NCBI GenBank assembly: GCA_965601925.1
Contig: OZ271854.1
Location: 64,001 to 128,000, forward strand
Reading direction: 5' to 3'
Origin: Alkalispirochaeta sp.
GTDB taxonomy: Bacteria; Spirochaetota; Spirochaetia; DSM-27196; Alkalispirochaetaceae
Length of the DNA stretch: 64,000 bases
The position numbers and the translations under genes were made by a program. The notes below the pieces were generated by a model that saw only the letters and a list, made by a program, of their open reading frames with translations, was not told where the DNA came from and did not search any database. Shown one piece after another: positions 38,480 to 47,890 of the stretch; position 1 is the stretch's first letter; each line of letters opens with the position of its first letter.

Positions 38480-40057
38480 TCACAATGTTCCCATTCGCTC
38501 GAGCAAATAGTCCAGGATCGCTTCCGCCTGCGGGCCCGATGAACCGTGCGTGCGAATCGCGCGCTCACACCCCGGTATGAGAGCGTCATAAGGTGTACCC
38601 AGGGCAACGACGGTAACGGTCATCTTTTTCCGCGCCGCTGCGGCAAGGGCGCGCTCTATCCAAACACACAGCTCCTTCGATAGATGGGCGTTCTCGGTAA
38701 AGAGCAACAGGCGCCGGGCATCGAGCGGGGCCTCGCCGCTTGCGGTGTACGATTCGAGCCGACATCCCAGTCGATCCGCAAGATCGATCGCCACGGAGGG
38801 CAGGTGTTCCGACTCCTCGGCGGCGGGCGAATATCCGCGGGTCGCCGGAGCGAGGATCAAGTCGGGCACCGGCAACGGCGTTTCGACGGACACCGAATCG
38901 TCGGTTCTCCCGGGCTCAACGACTGCCGATCGAGCGAGAGCGAGCGCGTAGGCGCGGTCGGCGTCCCGCCTCGTCGTGCGGAACTCGACCGTGGATTCGT
39001 CCGGTTCCAACGATTCCGCAGCTCCGGGACCTGCGGAACGAGAAGCGAAATCAGCGGTCGAACCGTTCGTCGAGCCGAGTTTCGAGATGCCCTCGATAAA
39101 GGCGTCGACTCGGCGGAGCGACTCGGCGGCCCGTTGTCGGAGCTCATCGTCCCGAGCAACACGCGATCGAAAAGCCGTGAAACTACGAATTAACTCGTCC
39201 GAATCGTGGCATAGAGTGAGAACGTCCATACCCGCCGCGAGGGAGATAGTGAGTGCGTCGTCGAGGCGATATCGAGTCGTAATGCCGCCCATCATCAAAT
39301 CGTCGGCTACGAGCACCCCGGAGAAACCGAGCTTACCGCGGGCAAGATCGGTAAGAATCGGACGCGATAGCGAGGCGGGCGCACCCGACGGATCGTAGGC
39401 CGGAACGGCGACGTGCGTCGGCATCCAGGCGCGGGCGCGGATACGGCGGTACGGTTCGAGCTCAATCTCGTCCAACGCCTCAATTGGAGCGTTGATGGTC
39501 GGGAGTTCAAGATGAGGATCCCGCATCGATGCGCCGAGGCCGGGAAAGTGTTTGAGACAGCCCTCGACACCTCGGCTTCGAAGTCCCTCGAGAAATGCCT
39601 CGGCGTGCGAGATGACCGCCTCGACATTGTCGCCGTAGCTTCGCAACCCGACTCCCGGATTGTCCGGATTGGTGAGTACGTCGACGACGGGGGCGAAGTT
39701 CCACGTGAGTCCGACCGCGGCCATTTCCAGACCGATAATCTCGCCGCACCGTCGAGCGGCGGAGGGACCTCCTCCCTCGGCAACGGCGCGTGGGTCGGGA
39801 ACGACGGTGAAGCCGTCGAGCAGCCGTGTGACCCGTCCGCCCTCCTGATCGACTGACGCGACCGGCGCGTATCCGAGAAATGCGGAGACACGTTCAAGCA
39901 GCCGGCCGATTTGCTCGGCGCCGCGAATATTACGCGTGAAAAGAACTATGAAGCCCGGTCGAACCGCCTCCAAAACACGCTTGTTTTCGTCCGTAAGGTC
40001 CGCATGAGGAAGGCCGACAAGCATCAGACGGCCTATATCCGAGCGTTTGTCCGTCAT
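38480..40057 (-). CDS. nagZ: Beta-N-acetylhexosaminidase, GH3 (NagZ-like) with C-terminal domain
   Basis: LFTRN, VDQEGGRV, APVVD, RSYG, KHFPGLGxxxxDPH, DDLMM. Confidence 0.88.
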   Translation of the reverse strand: MTDKRSDIGRLMLVGLPHADLTDENKRVLEAVRPGFIVLFTRNIRGAEQIGRLLERVSAFLGYAPVASVDQEGGRVTRLLDGFTVVPDPRAVAEGGGPSAARRCGEIIGLEMAAVGLTWNFAPVVDVLTNPDNPGVGLRSYGDNVEAVISHAEAFLEGLRSRGVEGCLKHFPGLGASMRDPHLELPTINAPIEALDEIELEPYRRIRARAWMPTHVAVPAYDPSGAPASLSRPILTDLARGKLGFSGVLVADDLMMGGITTRYRLDDALTISLAAGMDVLTLCHDSDELIRSFTAFRSRVARDDELRQRAAESLRRVDAFIEGISKLGSTNGSTADFASRSAGPGAAESLEPDESTVEFRTTRRDADRAYALALARSAVVEPGRTDDSVSVETPLPVPDLILAPATRGYSPAAEESEHLPSVAIDLADRLGCRLESYTASGEAPLDARRLLLFTENAHLSKELCVWIERALAAAARKKMTVTVVALGTPYDALIPGCERAIRTHGSSGPQAEAILDYLLERMGTL

Positions 40058-40237
40058 GAGTACGACTGTACCCGCTTTGTACTCTCGGTACCAGTACAGA
40101 CGCGTCGCAATCGTGTGCGGCTTCGGCCGAGCCGAAACGTGACCAGGGTACGCCACGCGCGTACATGATTCGAGTACCTTAGGGTCCGCGGTAACGAAGC
40201 GGCGTGACCGGGTCGGCGAGCTGTACGCGATCTTTGA

Positions 40238-41191
40238 CTACTCCGGCTCGCGAAAGCAAACGATCATCCGTTCGGTTCCCAGCCCACTTCCCAGAAAAAA
40301 CTCTTTGTTATTGCTTAAGAGCATCCGCGTCCACCGCGTGAACCCACCATCCACTATGTGGTACTCGTTTCCTCGCGCGTCACTCGCGAACGCTTTGAAC
40401 CGCAAATCTACGTAGTAGTCGTTTTCGGGCCGTAGCGATGTATCGATCGTGACCGAGACGCCGGGATCCGATATGTGCGGCGCGATATGCTCCTCGCACA
40501 TACGGAGCGATTGGTTCGTATACGGAATCAACTCCACGCGAGTCCCTTCGATACCGTAACCGTTTTTTTTGCGAAGCGCATTCAGGACCGACAGGTAGTA
40601 GCGCATGTGCTCGGATGCCGCCTCCGATTCTCGTCTGAAGTTTCCGGCGGTTCTTCCGGCGGTGCACAACGCCAACACACGAAAATGAACGAAGGATACC
40701 GGCCCGTCAAACACCTGAGCCCGCGTCTGTCGGTGGCTCGTACACAGTCTCGTTAGTGTCGTCGACGGATCGGACGACGTCTGCCTGCGAGCGGCCGCCT
40801 CCAGCGCAAGGACGTTGGTAGCGTCGGAGCACACCTCGGAGTTCCGCACCGTCGTTACCACCTTGTTTTGGTCGACGGGCGCGAGTACTGCGCTGGTACC
40901 CAGCGGACACACCGGAGAAAACTCGACCGCGTCAAAGCCGGATGGAAGAAGTTGAAACGCGATGGAGTCGAACGCAACCGTTTCCTTCTGTGAGAGTTGC
41001 GCAGGAGGTACGAATCGATCGCTTCTGTACTGATTCAAGATCGCTTTCGGCGACAACTTGAATACGCGTCGTTTGTAGACGCCGAGCATGAGCGATACCA
41101 AATCCGAGCCCGAAGCGTCTTCCGCGAGCGTATTCAGCAATCGGGGAGCGTTCAGCTTCGCGATAATCCGCGAAAGGATCGTTTCGGACAT
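40238..41191 (-). CDS. Uncharacterised class II aaRS-like (HisRS/HisZ-like) catalytic-domain protein
   Basis: YYVDLRF, IVDGGF, and C-terminal motif-3-like GSGLGTERM. No anticodon-binding domain. Confidence 0.6.
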   Translation of the reverse strand: MSETILSRIIAKLNAPRLLNTLAEDASGSDLVSLMLGVYKRRVFKLSPKAILNQYRSDRFVPPAQLSQKETVAFDSIAFQLLPSGFDAVEFSPVCPLGTSAVLAPVDQNKVVTTVRNSEVCSDATNVLALEAAARRQTSSDPSTTLTRLCTSHRQTRAQVFDGPVSFVHFRVLALCTAGRTAGNFRRESEAASEHMRYYLSVLNALRKKNGYGIEGTRVELIPYTNQSLRMCEEHIAPHISDPGVSVTIDTSLRPENDYYVDLRFKAFASDARGNEYHIVDGGFTRWTRMLLSNNKEFFLGSGLGTERMIVCFREPE

Positions 41192-41517
41192 GCAGCGATA
41201 GTACCCGACGCGGACGGTAAAGGCCAGATAACGTCCACATGACCGGAGTCGTGTATGTCGGTACGACCGGTGCCGGCGCCGGCCGGCGTCCATCGATCCG
41301 ATCCCTACCCTCTTCCTTGAGATCGCCATGCCGAGGTGACCGTCCGCTCGAGCGCTCATGGTACACCGCTCTCACGATTGTGGTTGATTGCATGCGGGAT
41401 CCAACGTCCCGCAGTGACTGAGAAGCAGAGGTACGATGTCGTGCCACTGTGAATAGTGTTTCCAGATATTCCCTATTATCATTTCGTCGTGACGAACCAC
41501 GTCGGGTTCCGAAATCG

Positions 41518-41813
41518 CTAAGGAACAGTACCGATGATTCGGAATCGCCCCTTCGCATCGTTCGCTTTCTGATGTACGACATCGAATGACGTGTTCGAAC
41601 AAGAGACCCGGCTGTCATAGGCTTCGACCACCGTGTGCTCTATGGCCAAAGGTTGTTCAGACGGCAACTCCGGAAGGAACAGGTAGTCTATCTCAGGCGT
41701 CGACCTCACCCTCGCTTCGGGTTCTTAAAACACGTATACTCGGTCCTAGTCAGCTGCGGCAGAATCCGGAGCAATGCCTCTTTTGCTTTGATCTCGTTCT
41801 GCCGCTTCTCCAT
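41518..41813 (-). pseudogene. Frameshifted remnant of a possible PD-(D/E)XK-like protein
   Basis: MEKRQNEIKAKEALL...KNP joins, by a frame change near 41715, to RSTPEIDYLF...LAIEHTVVE, followed by early stops. Confidence 0.4.
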
Positions 41814-41962
41814 CCGTCAATCGTTTCCGGCCCCGATATGGAACGCAATTCAATGCGATCTGGTCGGTAATGCACCATACCGTCCGCGTGACCGCGACTG
41901 CGGCACAACGCATGTACGTCCCCCCTCCAAACACCCTATACTGACCGCAAGGGCGGCACGCT

Positions 41963-42775
41963 TTGATCGCGCGAAAGTATTTCCCACCGGACGACCTGAG
42001 ACGGTTTGTGAAGTCGTACTTCATTCAAGAGGTCGATATCGACACGCAGGGGTTGTTGATCCCCGCCCTCACTCAGACGTTCGTTCAGTTTCACTATGGC
42101 CAGCTGTACACGATGTTGCACTCGACCGGTCGCAGAGTTCGGTTCTATCCCGTCACCGTAAGCGGCATCATGACGACCTACTCGTTCTTTGCCGATGAGA
42201 ATCCCAAACCGAGATTTCTGGCGGCGGAACTTCAGCCCTACGTCCCCTTCCTCCTCTTCAAGAAGCGGAACCTACAGTTGGTCAACTCAAGTTTCAACGG
42301 TGCTCACCTGCTCCTCGGCTCCGAGGAGTTACGTCAATCGCTCGCCGACGCCAACGATTCCGGCACGATGATCGACCTGGCGAATCGGTACTTCGAACGC
42401 CTTTTTGCGGCGGTGCGGCCGTTTGATGACGAAGAGATCCTCCGCGTCCTCACGGTGATGGACGCTCCCGCCGAGTACACGACAATCGAAATGAGGTTGA
42501 GCCGTCTGGCTCACAACCCGCGGAACTTCAGGTCGAGGTTCAAGCGAGTGATCGGCGTGGCGCCGAAGTTGTACATGCGAATCCTGCGCATGGAAAAGGT
42601 CCTCTCAGACATACACCGGCACCCCGATGCTCGCTACCTCCAGAAACTGCACGGCTTCTACGACCAGCCGCACTTCATCAGGGAATGCAAGCTCTTCACC
42701 GGCAAGACTCCCACGGCCATATTAGCACCATTCAAAGACGAGAAGACGCGCAAGATCCACAACAACCTGTCGTGA
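41963..42775 (+). CDS. AraC family regulator (DUF6597-like N-terminus)
   Basis: PPDDLRRFVKSY; RFKRVIGVAPK; GFYDQPHFIRECKLFTGKTP. Confidence 0.9.
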   Translation: MIARKYFPPDDLRRFVKSYFIQEVDIDTQGLLIPALTQTFVQFHYGQLYTMLHSTGRRVRFYPVTVSGIMTTYSFFADENPKPRFLAAELQPYVPFLLFKKRNLQLVNSSFNGAHLLLGSEELRQSLADANDSGTMIDLANRYFERLFAAVRPFDDEEILRVLTVMDAPAEYTTIEMRLSRLAHNPRNFRSRFKRVIGVAPKLYMRILRMEKVLSDIHRHPDARYLQKLHGFYDQPHFIRECKLFTGKTPTAILAPFKDEKTRKIHNNLS

Positions 42776-42815
42776 CGCCGCGGCCGGCCGTTTTCGGCCG
42801 ACCGCAGCACGCCGT

Positions 42816-44645
42816 CTAAAACAGAGGAACAACGAAGATGTCCCACCGACTATTTGTGTCCCCGGGCACCAAGTTTGTCGCCTCGGAGACAAACGCAACT
42901 TGACTTCCGTCGTCGCTGATCGCCGGGCTAAAACTGCTTGCACCGCCTTCCGTTCCGTCGGCACTTTCGCTCACACGCCGGATCGTATCGTTCAGTCGGT
43001 CGTAGACGAAGACGTCGGTCACAGCGTTCCCGTCACCAGTCACCAGATTTGTGGCATCCGACTCGAACGCGACGTAGCGGCCGTCGGCGCTGATGGACGG
43101 CAACTCGCTGTTCCCGTTTGCCTCGGTACCGCCGCTTGCGACGCTTACCCGCTCGATCGTGTCGGTCTGGCGGTCGTACACAAAGATATCGGTAACAAGG
43201 TTTCCATCGCCGGCCACCAGGTTTGGTGCGTCCGACTGAAACGCGACGTAGCGCCCGTCGGCGCTGATCGAGGCTTCGATACTGTCGCCGGTGGCCTGGT
43301 TGCCGAATCCATCCACGCTAACCCGCTCGATCGTGTCGAGCTGGCGGTCGTACACGAAGACATCCGAGGTGCCGTTAGTATCGCCGCCTACCAGATTGCT
43401 CGCGTCGGATTGAAACGCGACGTAGCGCCCGGCCTCGCTCAGCGACGGGTACCGACTCGTGCCGCCGGTAGCCTGGTTGCCGGAGCCATCCACGCTCACC
43501 CGCTCGATCGTGTCGAGCTGGCGATCGTACACGAAGATATCACCGAGCGCGTTCGTGTCGCCGCCCACCAGATTCGTAGCAAAGGAGTGGAACGCAACGT
43601 AACGGCCGTCCCCGCTGATGTCCGGAAACTGACTGGTGCCGCCACCTTCGGTGCCGCTATCATCGACGCTCACGCGCTCGATCGTGTCGGTGTCTCGGTC
43701 AACCGCGAAAATGTCGTGGGCGGCGCCGTTCGTGATAACGCCGGCCGGCAGGAACGTGGTCGCGGGAGAGTGGAACACGACGTGACGTCCACTCTCGTCG
43801 ATCGCCGGGGATGAAACAAAGTTGTTACCTTGCGTGCCGTCGTCGGCTACGCTGACGCGCTCGATCGCATCGGTCTGCCGGTCGTAGACGAAGATGTCGC
43901 TCTGCCCGTTGGTGTCGCCGGTAACGAGGTTTGAAGCGGAGGATCCAAAGACGACGTAGCGCCCGTCTGCGCTGAGAGCGACTCCTGCGCTGTTGCCGTT
44001 ACCCTCGGTCCCGTTGCCCGCGATGCTCACGCGCTCGATGGAGCTGCCGAAGAGCGACTCCCACGCGGCATAGACGGTGACGTTCGCTTCAGGCATGGCG
44101 AAGGTCGCGCCGGCGGTGTACGCCGTGCCGTTTCCCTGCGAATCGGTATTCCAACCGACGAATGAGTACCCGGCGCGCGCGAGGCCGCCGGTGTTGCCGA
44201 GGACGGTCACGGTCGTTCCCGCCTCGTAGCCGACCGTATCGACGGGAACCACCCCTGAGTCTGCTCCGTTTGCGTTGTAGGTCACCGTGTAGGTCGGGTT
44301 GGATGACCATGTTGCGTAGAGGATCACGTGGGCAGCGGGCATTGGGAAGGTCGCCCCGGTTGTGTACGCGGTTCCGGTACCCTGCGAATCGGTGTTCCAC
44401 CCGACGAACGCATACCCCGCGCGCGTCAGGCCGCCGGTGTTGCCCTGAACGCTAACCGTATCGCCGGCCGTGTACCGCGTCGCGTCGGCGGGGACCGCAC
44501 CACCGTCGGCACCATTGGGCTGATACGCGACCGAATAGCTCGGCCCCGTATCGCCGCTTGAGTCCGTTTCCCCCGGAAACAACTCACAACCGCCGAGAAC
44601 AACTGCCGCAACCAACGACAGAATCGCTACTCTTCGTAAACACAT
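42816..44645 (-). CDS. Lipoprotein with two InlB B-type (Listeria-Bacteroides) repeats and seven TolB/WD40-like propeller repeats
   Basis: Lipobox VLGGC and GGAGG RBS. Two copies of Y..NGA..G.VP...GY.FVGWNT...YA.W. Seven copies of IERVSV...ISADGRYVAF.S.A.NLV.GD.N...DIFVYDR. Confidence 0.88.
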   Translation of the reverse strand: MCLRRVAILSLVAAVVLGGCELFPGETDSSGDTGPSYSVAYQPNGADGGAVPADATRYTAGDTVSVQGNTGGLTRAGYAFVGWNTDSQGTGTAYTTGATFPMPAAHVILYATWSSNPTYTVTYNANGADSGVVPVDTVGYEAGTTVTVLGNTGGLARAGYSFVGWNTDSQGNGTAYTAGATFAMPEANVTVYAAWESLFGSSIERVSIAGNGTEGNGNSAGVALSADGRYVVFGSSASNLVTGDTNGQSDIFVYDRQTDAIERVSVADDGTQGNNFVSSPAIDESGRHVVFHSPATTFLPAGVITNGAAHDIFAVDRDTDTIERVSVDDSGTEGGGTSQFPDISGDGRYVAFHSFATNLVGGDTNALGDIFVYDRQLDTIERVSVDGSGNQATGGTSRYPSLSEAGRYVAFQSDASNLVGGDTNGTSDVFVYDRQLDTIERVSVDGFGNQATGDSIEASISADGRYVAFQSDAPNLVAGDGNLVTDIFVYDRQTDTIERVSVASGGTEANGNSELPSISADGRYVAFESDATNLVTGDGNAVTDVFVYDRLNDTIRRVSESADGTEGGASSFSPAISDDGSQVAFVSEATNLVPGDTNSRWDIFVVPLF

Positions 44646-44759
44646 AGATTTGCCCTCCTCCTGCCCGTTCACGTCGGGACGGGTGAATAGATGAGCAAAA
44701 TAGTAAGATATCGGTGCCGGGCGGCATTGTAAAAAACGGCCCTTTTTGCGATTGAGCGG

Positions 44760-45317
44760 ATGCGCGCGATACTCCCGAAGCGGCGACGCAAACGCAACGG
44801 TTCAGCCCATTATCGCGTCCGTATCGCCGCCAAGCGACGCATTTCCGAACGACCGGCGGTGGTAGAGTCCCGCGCGACCTTCGGGCATTGGGAAGCAGAC
44901 ACCATCAACGGCGGTGATCTGCATCACACACTCCTGACGATGGTCGAGCGCAAGGGCGGATTCGTACGGAGTCGCAAGTAGCGTCGACACACCGCCCAGG
45001 TGACTGCACAGGCGATGATCGCCTCGGTGGCCCGTTACCGCCGAAGCGTGACGACATTCACCTTGGACAATGGGACCGAGTTTCGTGACTATCGCCGCGT
45101 CGGGGTGGCAACCCGGGTCGTTTACTACTTCGTCACGCCGTATCACTCGTGGGAGCGCGGTACCAATGAAAACTGCAACGGACGAGTTCGCCGGTACTTC
45201 CCGAAACGACCATCGCCAATACACCTGCCGCAGCTGGAACGCGACAGGCTTACCGACCGGCTCTCCCGTACCGGTGGAGCACGATCGATTAGACGGTCAT
45301 CGAAGACTGTCCTATAA
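44760..45317 (+). mobile_element. IS30 family transposase remnant (truncated, in-frame TAG at 44979)
   Basis: ISERP, FGHWEADT, VERK, TLDNGTEF, PYHSWERGTNENCNGRVRRYFPK. N-terminal HTH region absent. Confidence 0.9.
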
Positions 45318-45403
45318 TCGAGGCGCAGCAAGTCCGGTGGCCGGTCGGCCGAGGCGGAGCCGTGTTCGGCCCCGTCTCGTCGGTTCTTTGAGGGAGGTTA
45401 CTG

Positions 45404-46315
45404 ATGAAAAGAGCAATCGTTATTCCGTTGGTGTCGGCGGTGCTTTTGGGATCGTGTGCGACTATCGCCGTGGTACCGACTCCGGGTGAGCAGGTGGATG
45501 TGGTGATCCCGTCGGGAGACTCATATGTGGTCGGCACCGTCACCTACCCGGAAGATCTCACCGAGCCGGTGCCAGCAGTGCTTCTCCTACCGGGATTTCT
45601 CGGAGAACGTGACGAGCTTCCGGTGGCCGGAACCGCCTCGGTTCAGGAAGGGGGACGTCCCTTGGGCATATGGGAGATGACGGCCGTCGCCCTCGCAGAG
45701 GCGGGGTTTGCCTCTCTTAGAATAGATTACAGGAACAGTGGGAGGTCCCCGGGACGTTGGCAAGAGGCGACGGTGACCGATCAGTTGGACGATGCGCGAC
45801 GAGCGTTGCGTTGGCTTGCGGACAATCCTGCCGTCGACGACGCGCGCCTCGCCGTATGTGGACTCTCGCAAGGTGGCGCGGTCGCCGCCCTGATCAGCTC
45901 CGACCCGCTGGTTCACTCGGTCGTACTCTGGTCCGCCGCAGCCGATTTTGAGTGGCTCACCGAGTTCGTACCGCAGGACGTGCGTCCCATGATCGAATCG
46001 GACGGGTTCGTGACCTTCAACGTTCCGTGGGGCGAGGAGGTAACGATGGGTAGAGCCTACTTCGACTCGGTCGCGAATCTCGATCCTCTGGTCGAGATCT
46101 CTCGGTTTTCCGGACCGCTCCTCTCAGTCGCCGGTAGCGGCGATGTCGTGATATCTCCTCAGCCCGCGGTAGCCCAACGCTTCTTGGACGCCCACGACGG
46201 TCCCCAGTCGCTGGTAGTACTCGAGGCCGACCACACATTCGACAGCTTTGTCGGTCCCGAAGCGATGGAAGAAGCGATCAGCGTCACCATGGCGTGGCTC
46301 GCAGAACACCTCTGA
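45404..46315 (+). CDS. Alpha/beta hydrolase lipoprotein
   Basis: Lipobox LLGSC, GLSQGG, GSGD, ADHTF. Confidence 0.88.
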   Translation: MKRAIVIPLVSAVLLGSCATIAVVPTPGEQVDVVIPSGDSYVVGTVTYPEDLTEPVPAVLLLPGFLGERDELPVAGTASVQEGGRPLGIWEMTAVALAEAGFASLRIDYRNSGRSPGRWQEATVTDQLDDARRALRWLADNPAVDDARLAVCGLSQGGAVAALISSDPLVHSVVLWSAAADFEWLTEFVPQDVRPMIESDGFVTFNVPWGEEVTMGRAYFDSVANLDPLVEISRFSGPLLSVAGSGDVVISPQPAVAQRFLDAHDGPQSLVVLEADHTFDSFVGPEAMEEAISVTMAWLAEHL

Positions 46316-46348
46316 ACCGGCACCGCTCGGCGTAGGGACGAAGGCTGC

Positions 46349-47872
46349 TCAGCCGTCCTTTCGGCCGAAGACCTCCTCCCGCAGATACCGCCCTACTCGG
46401 AGCGAGTTGGCGGCGATGGTGAGAGCCGGATTGACCGCGGCGGAGGAGGGAAAGATGCTCCCGTCGACGACATAGAGGTTTTCCACCTCGTGGGCGCGGC
46501 ACCGTGCGTCGACCACCGAATCGGCGGGGTCGGTGCCGGCTCGGAGCGTCCCGACCTGGTGCTGAATCGCCGAGGGTGACGGGGGGCGTTTGAGGACGAT
46601 CCACAGCCCCGCGCGGCGCAACCGACGTCGAAAGCGCCGTACAAACGCCTTGTGCGCGGCGCCGTTGTTGAGCCGACGACGGAGTCGGATCGCCCCGTCG
46701 TCTCGCACTTCGACCCGGTTCTCCGGGTCCGGTAGATCCTCGGACATGAGCCAAAAATCAAAGCTGCGCTCGGCGATCCAACGGCGCAACAGGCGTCGAA
46801 GGGGGCGACTGCTCCTCGCGAGATTTTGGGGAAGAACCTTGCCGCGCATTTGGACGTTGCCGCCACCGTCATAATAGTCGTTAATCGCCAGCGTCTTTTG
46901 GAATCGTGTGGGGTTACGGCGTAGCGGCGAGAGAGCCATGAGCACGGTATTGTTATGGGCCATGAAGTTGCGTCCTACCTGCCCGGAACCGTTCGCAAGC
47001 CCTGCGGGGTGCCGGGCGGTTGCCGAGCGCAAAAGGATCGCCGCGGAGTGTGCCGCCCCGGCCGCCAGAGCAAAGAGATCACCCGCGATGCGTCGTCGCT
47101 CACCGTCCTCTCCCACGACCTCTGCAGCGATAACCCGCACGCCCGCCTCGTCGGTGATCAGTCGCTCGACTCTCGTGTGCGGCACCATGGTTATGCCTTT
47201 GTGAGCCCTTAGGGCGGGACGGAGAAAGGCGTTCTCCCCGTCGCCCTTGGCGCGTATCTTGCAGGGAAAGCCGTCGCACGGGCTCCCCTTTCGGCAGTGC
47301 CCGCCGTCACCCTGGTGTACCGCGATAGGGAGCGGGAAGGGGTGTAGTCCTTGGCGGCTCAGGCGCTCGGCGAGCCACGCGATCGGCTGTTCGTGGGACA
47401 ATGGAGCGTAGGGATACGGTCCCCGCGGCGGCTCGGTGGGGTCGACTCCCGCCTCCCCGTGCACCCACATCGCGCGCTCCGCCTCGTTGTAGTGCGGCAC
47501 AAGCTCCTCGTAGCCGAAGGGCCACGGATGTGTCGAGCCCTCCCGGTAACGACGCGCCGCAAAGTCCGACTCGCGGAGACGAAACGACGTTCCACCGAAG
47601 AACTTGCTGCTCCCGCCGTAGTTGTAGTAGACCCTGGGTACGAACGGGCGGTTCGCCTCGTCGTACCATTCCTCGCGGGGGTCGTAGCGTCGCTCGGTAA
47701 TGACCGCGTCGGGATCCCAGTTAGCCGTCTCCTGCTTGAGCGGCCCTCCCCGTTCGATGATGCAGATGCGCACGTTCGTTGCACGAAGGGCCCAGGCGAG
47801 GGCGCACCCGCCCATACCGGCCCCTACGATCACCAGATCGAATCGGTCGATCGCGTCTCTCTCATTCCCCAT
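46349..47872 (-). CDS. GMC family FAD oxidoreductase with Cys cluster
   Basis: IVGAGMGG, GGSSKF, CRKGSPCDGFPC, VGRNFMAH, HQVGT, NLYVVDGS, VNPALTI. Confidence 0.92.
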   Translation of the reverse strand: MGNERDAIDRFDLVIVGAGMGGCALAWALRATNVRICIIERGGPLKQETANWDPDAVITERRYDPREEWYDEANRPFVPRVYYNYGGSSKFFGGTSFRLRESDFAARRYREGSTHPWPFGYEELVPHYNEAERAMWVHGEAGVDPTEPPRGPYPYAPLSHEQPIAWLAERLSRQGLHPFPLPIAVHQGDGGHCRKGSPCDGFPCKIRAKGDGENAFLRPALRAHKGITMVPHTRVERLITDEAGVRVIAAEVVGEDGERRRIAGDLFALAAGAAHSAAILLRSATARHPAGLANGSGQVGRNFMAHNNTVLMALSPLRRNPTRFQKTLAINDYYDGGGNVQMRGKVLPQNLARSSRPLRRLLRRWIAERSFDFWLMSEDLPDPENRVEVRDDGAIRLRRRLNNGAAHKAFVRRFRRRLRRAGLWIVLKRPPSPSAIQHQVGTLRAGTDPADSVVDARCRAHEVENLYVVDGSIFPSSAAVNPALTIAANSLRVGRYLREEVFGRKDG

Positions 47873-47890
47873 ACCGACGTCGACGGCGCC

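Noticed and set aside
42900..44050. Regularly spaced repeats resembling a CRISPR array
   Set aside because: They are in-frame, degenerate coding repeats of about 175 bp inside a lipoprotein, with no unique spacers and no cas genes.
44979..44981. In-frame TAG in the IS30 ORF as possible readthrough or pyrrolysine
   Set aside because: The element is truncated and no pyl genes are visible; a nonsense mutation is the simpler explanation.
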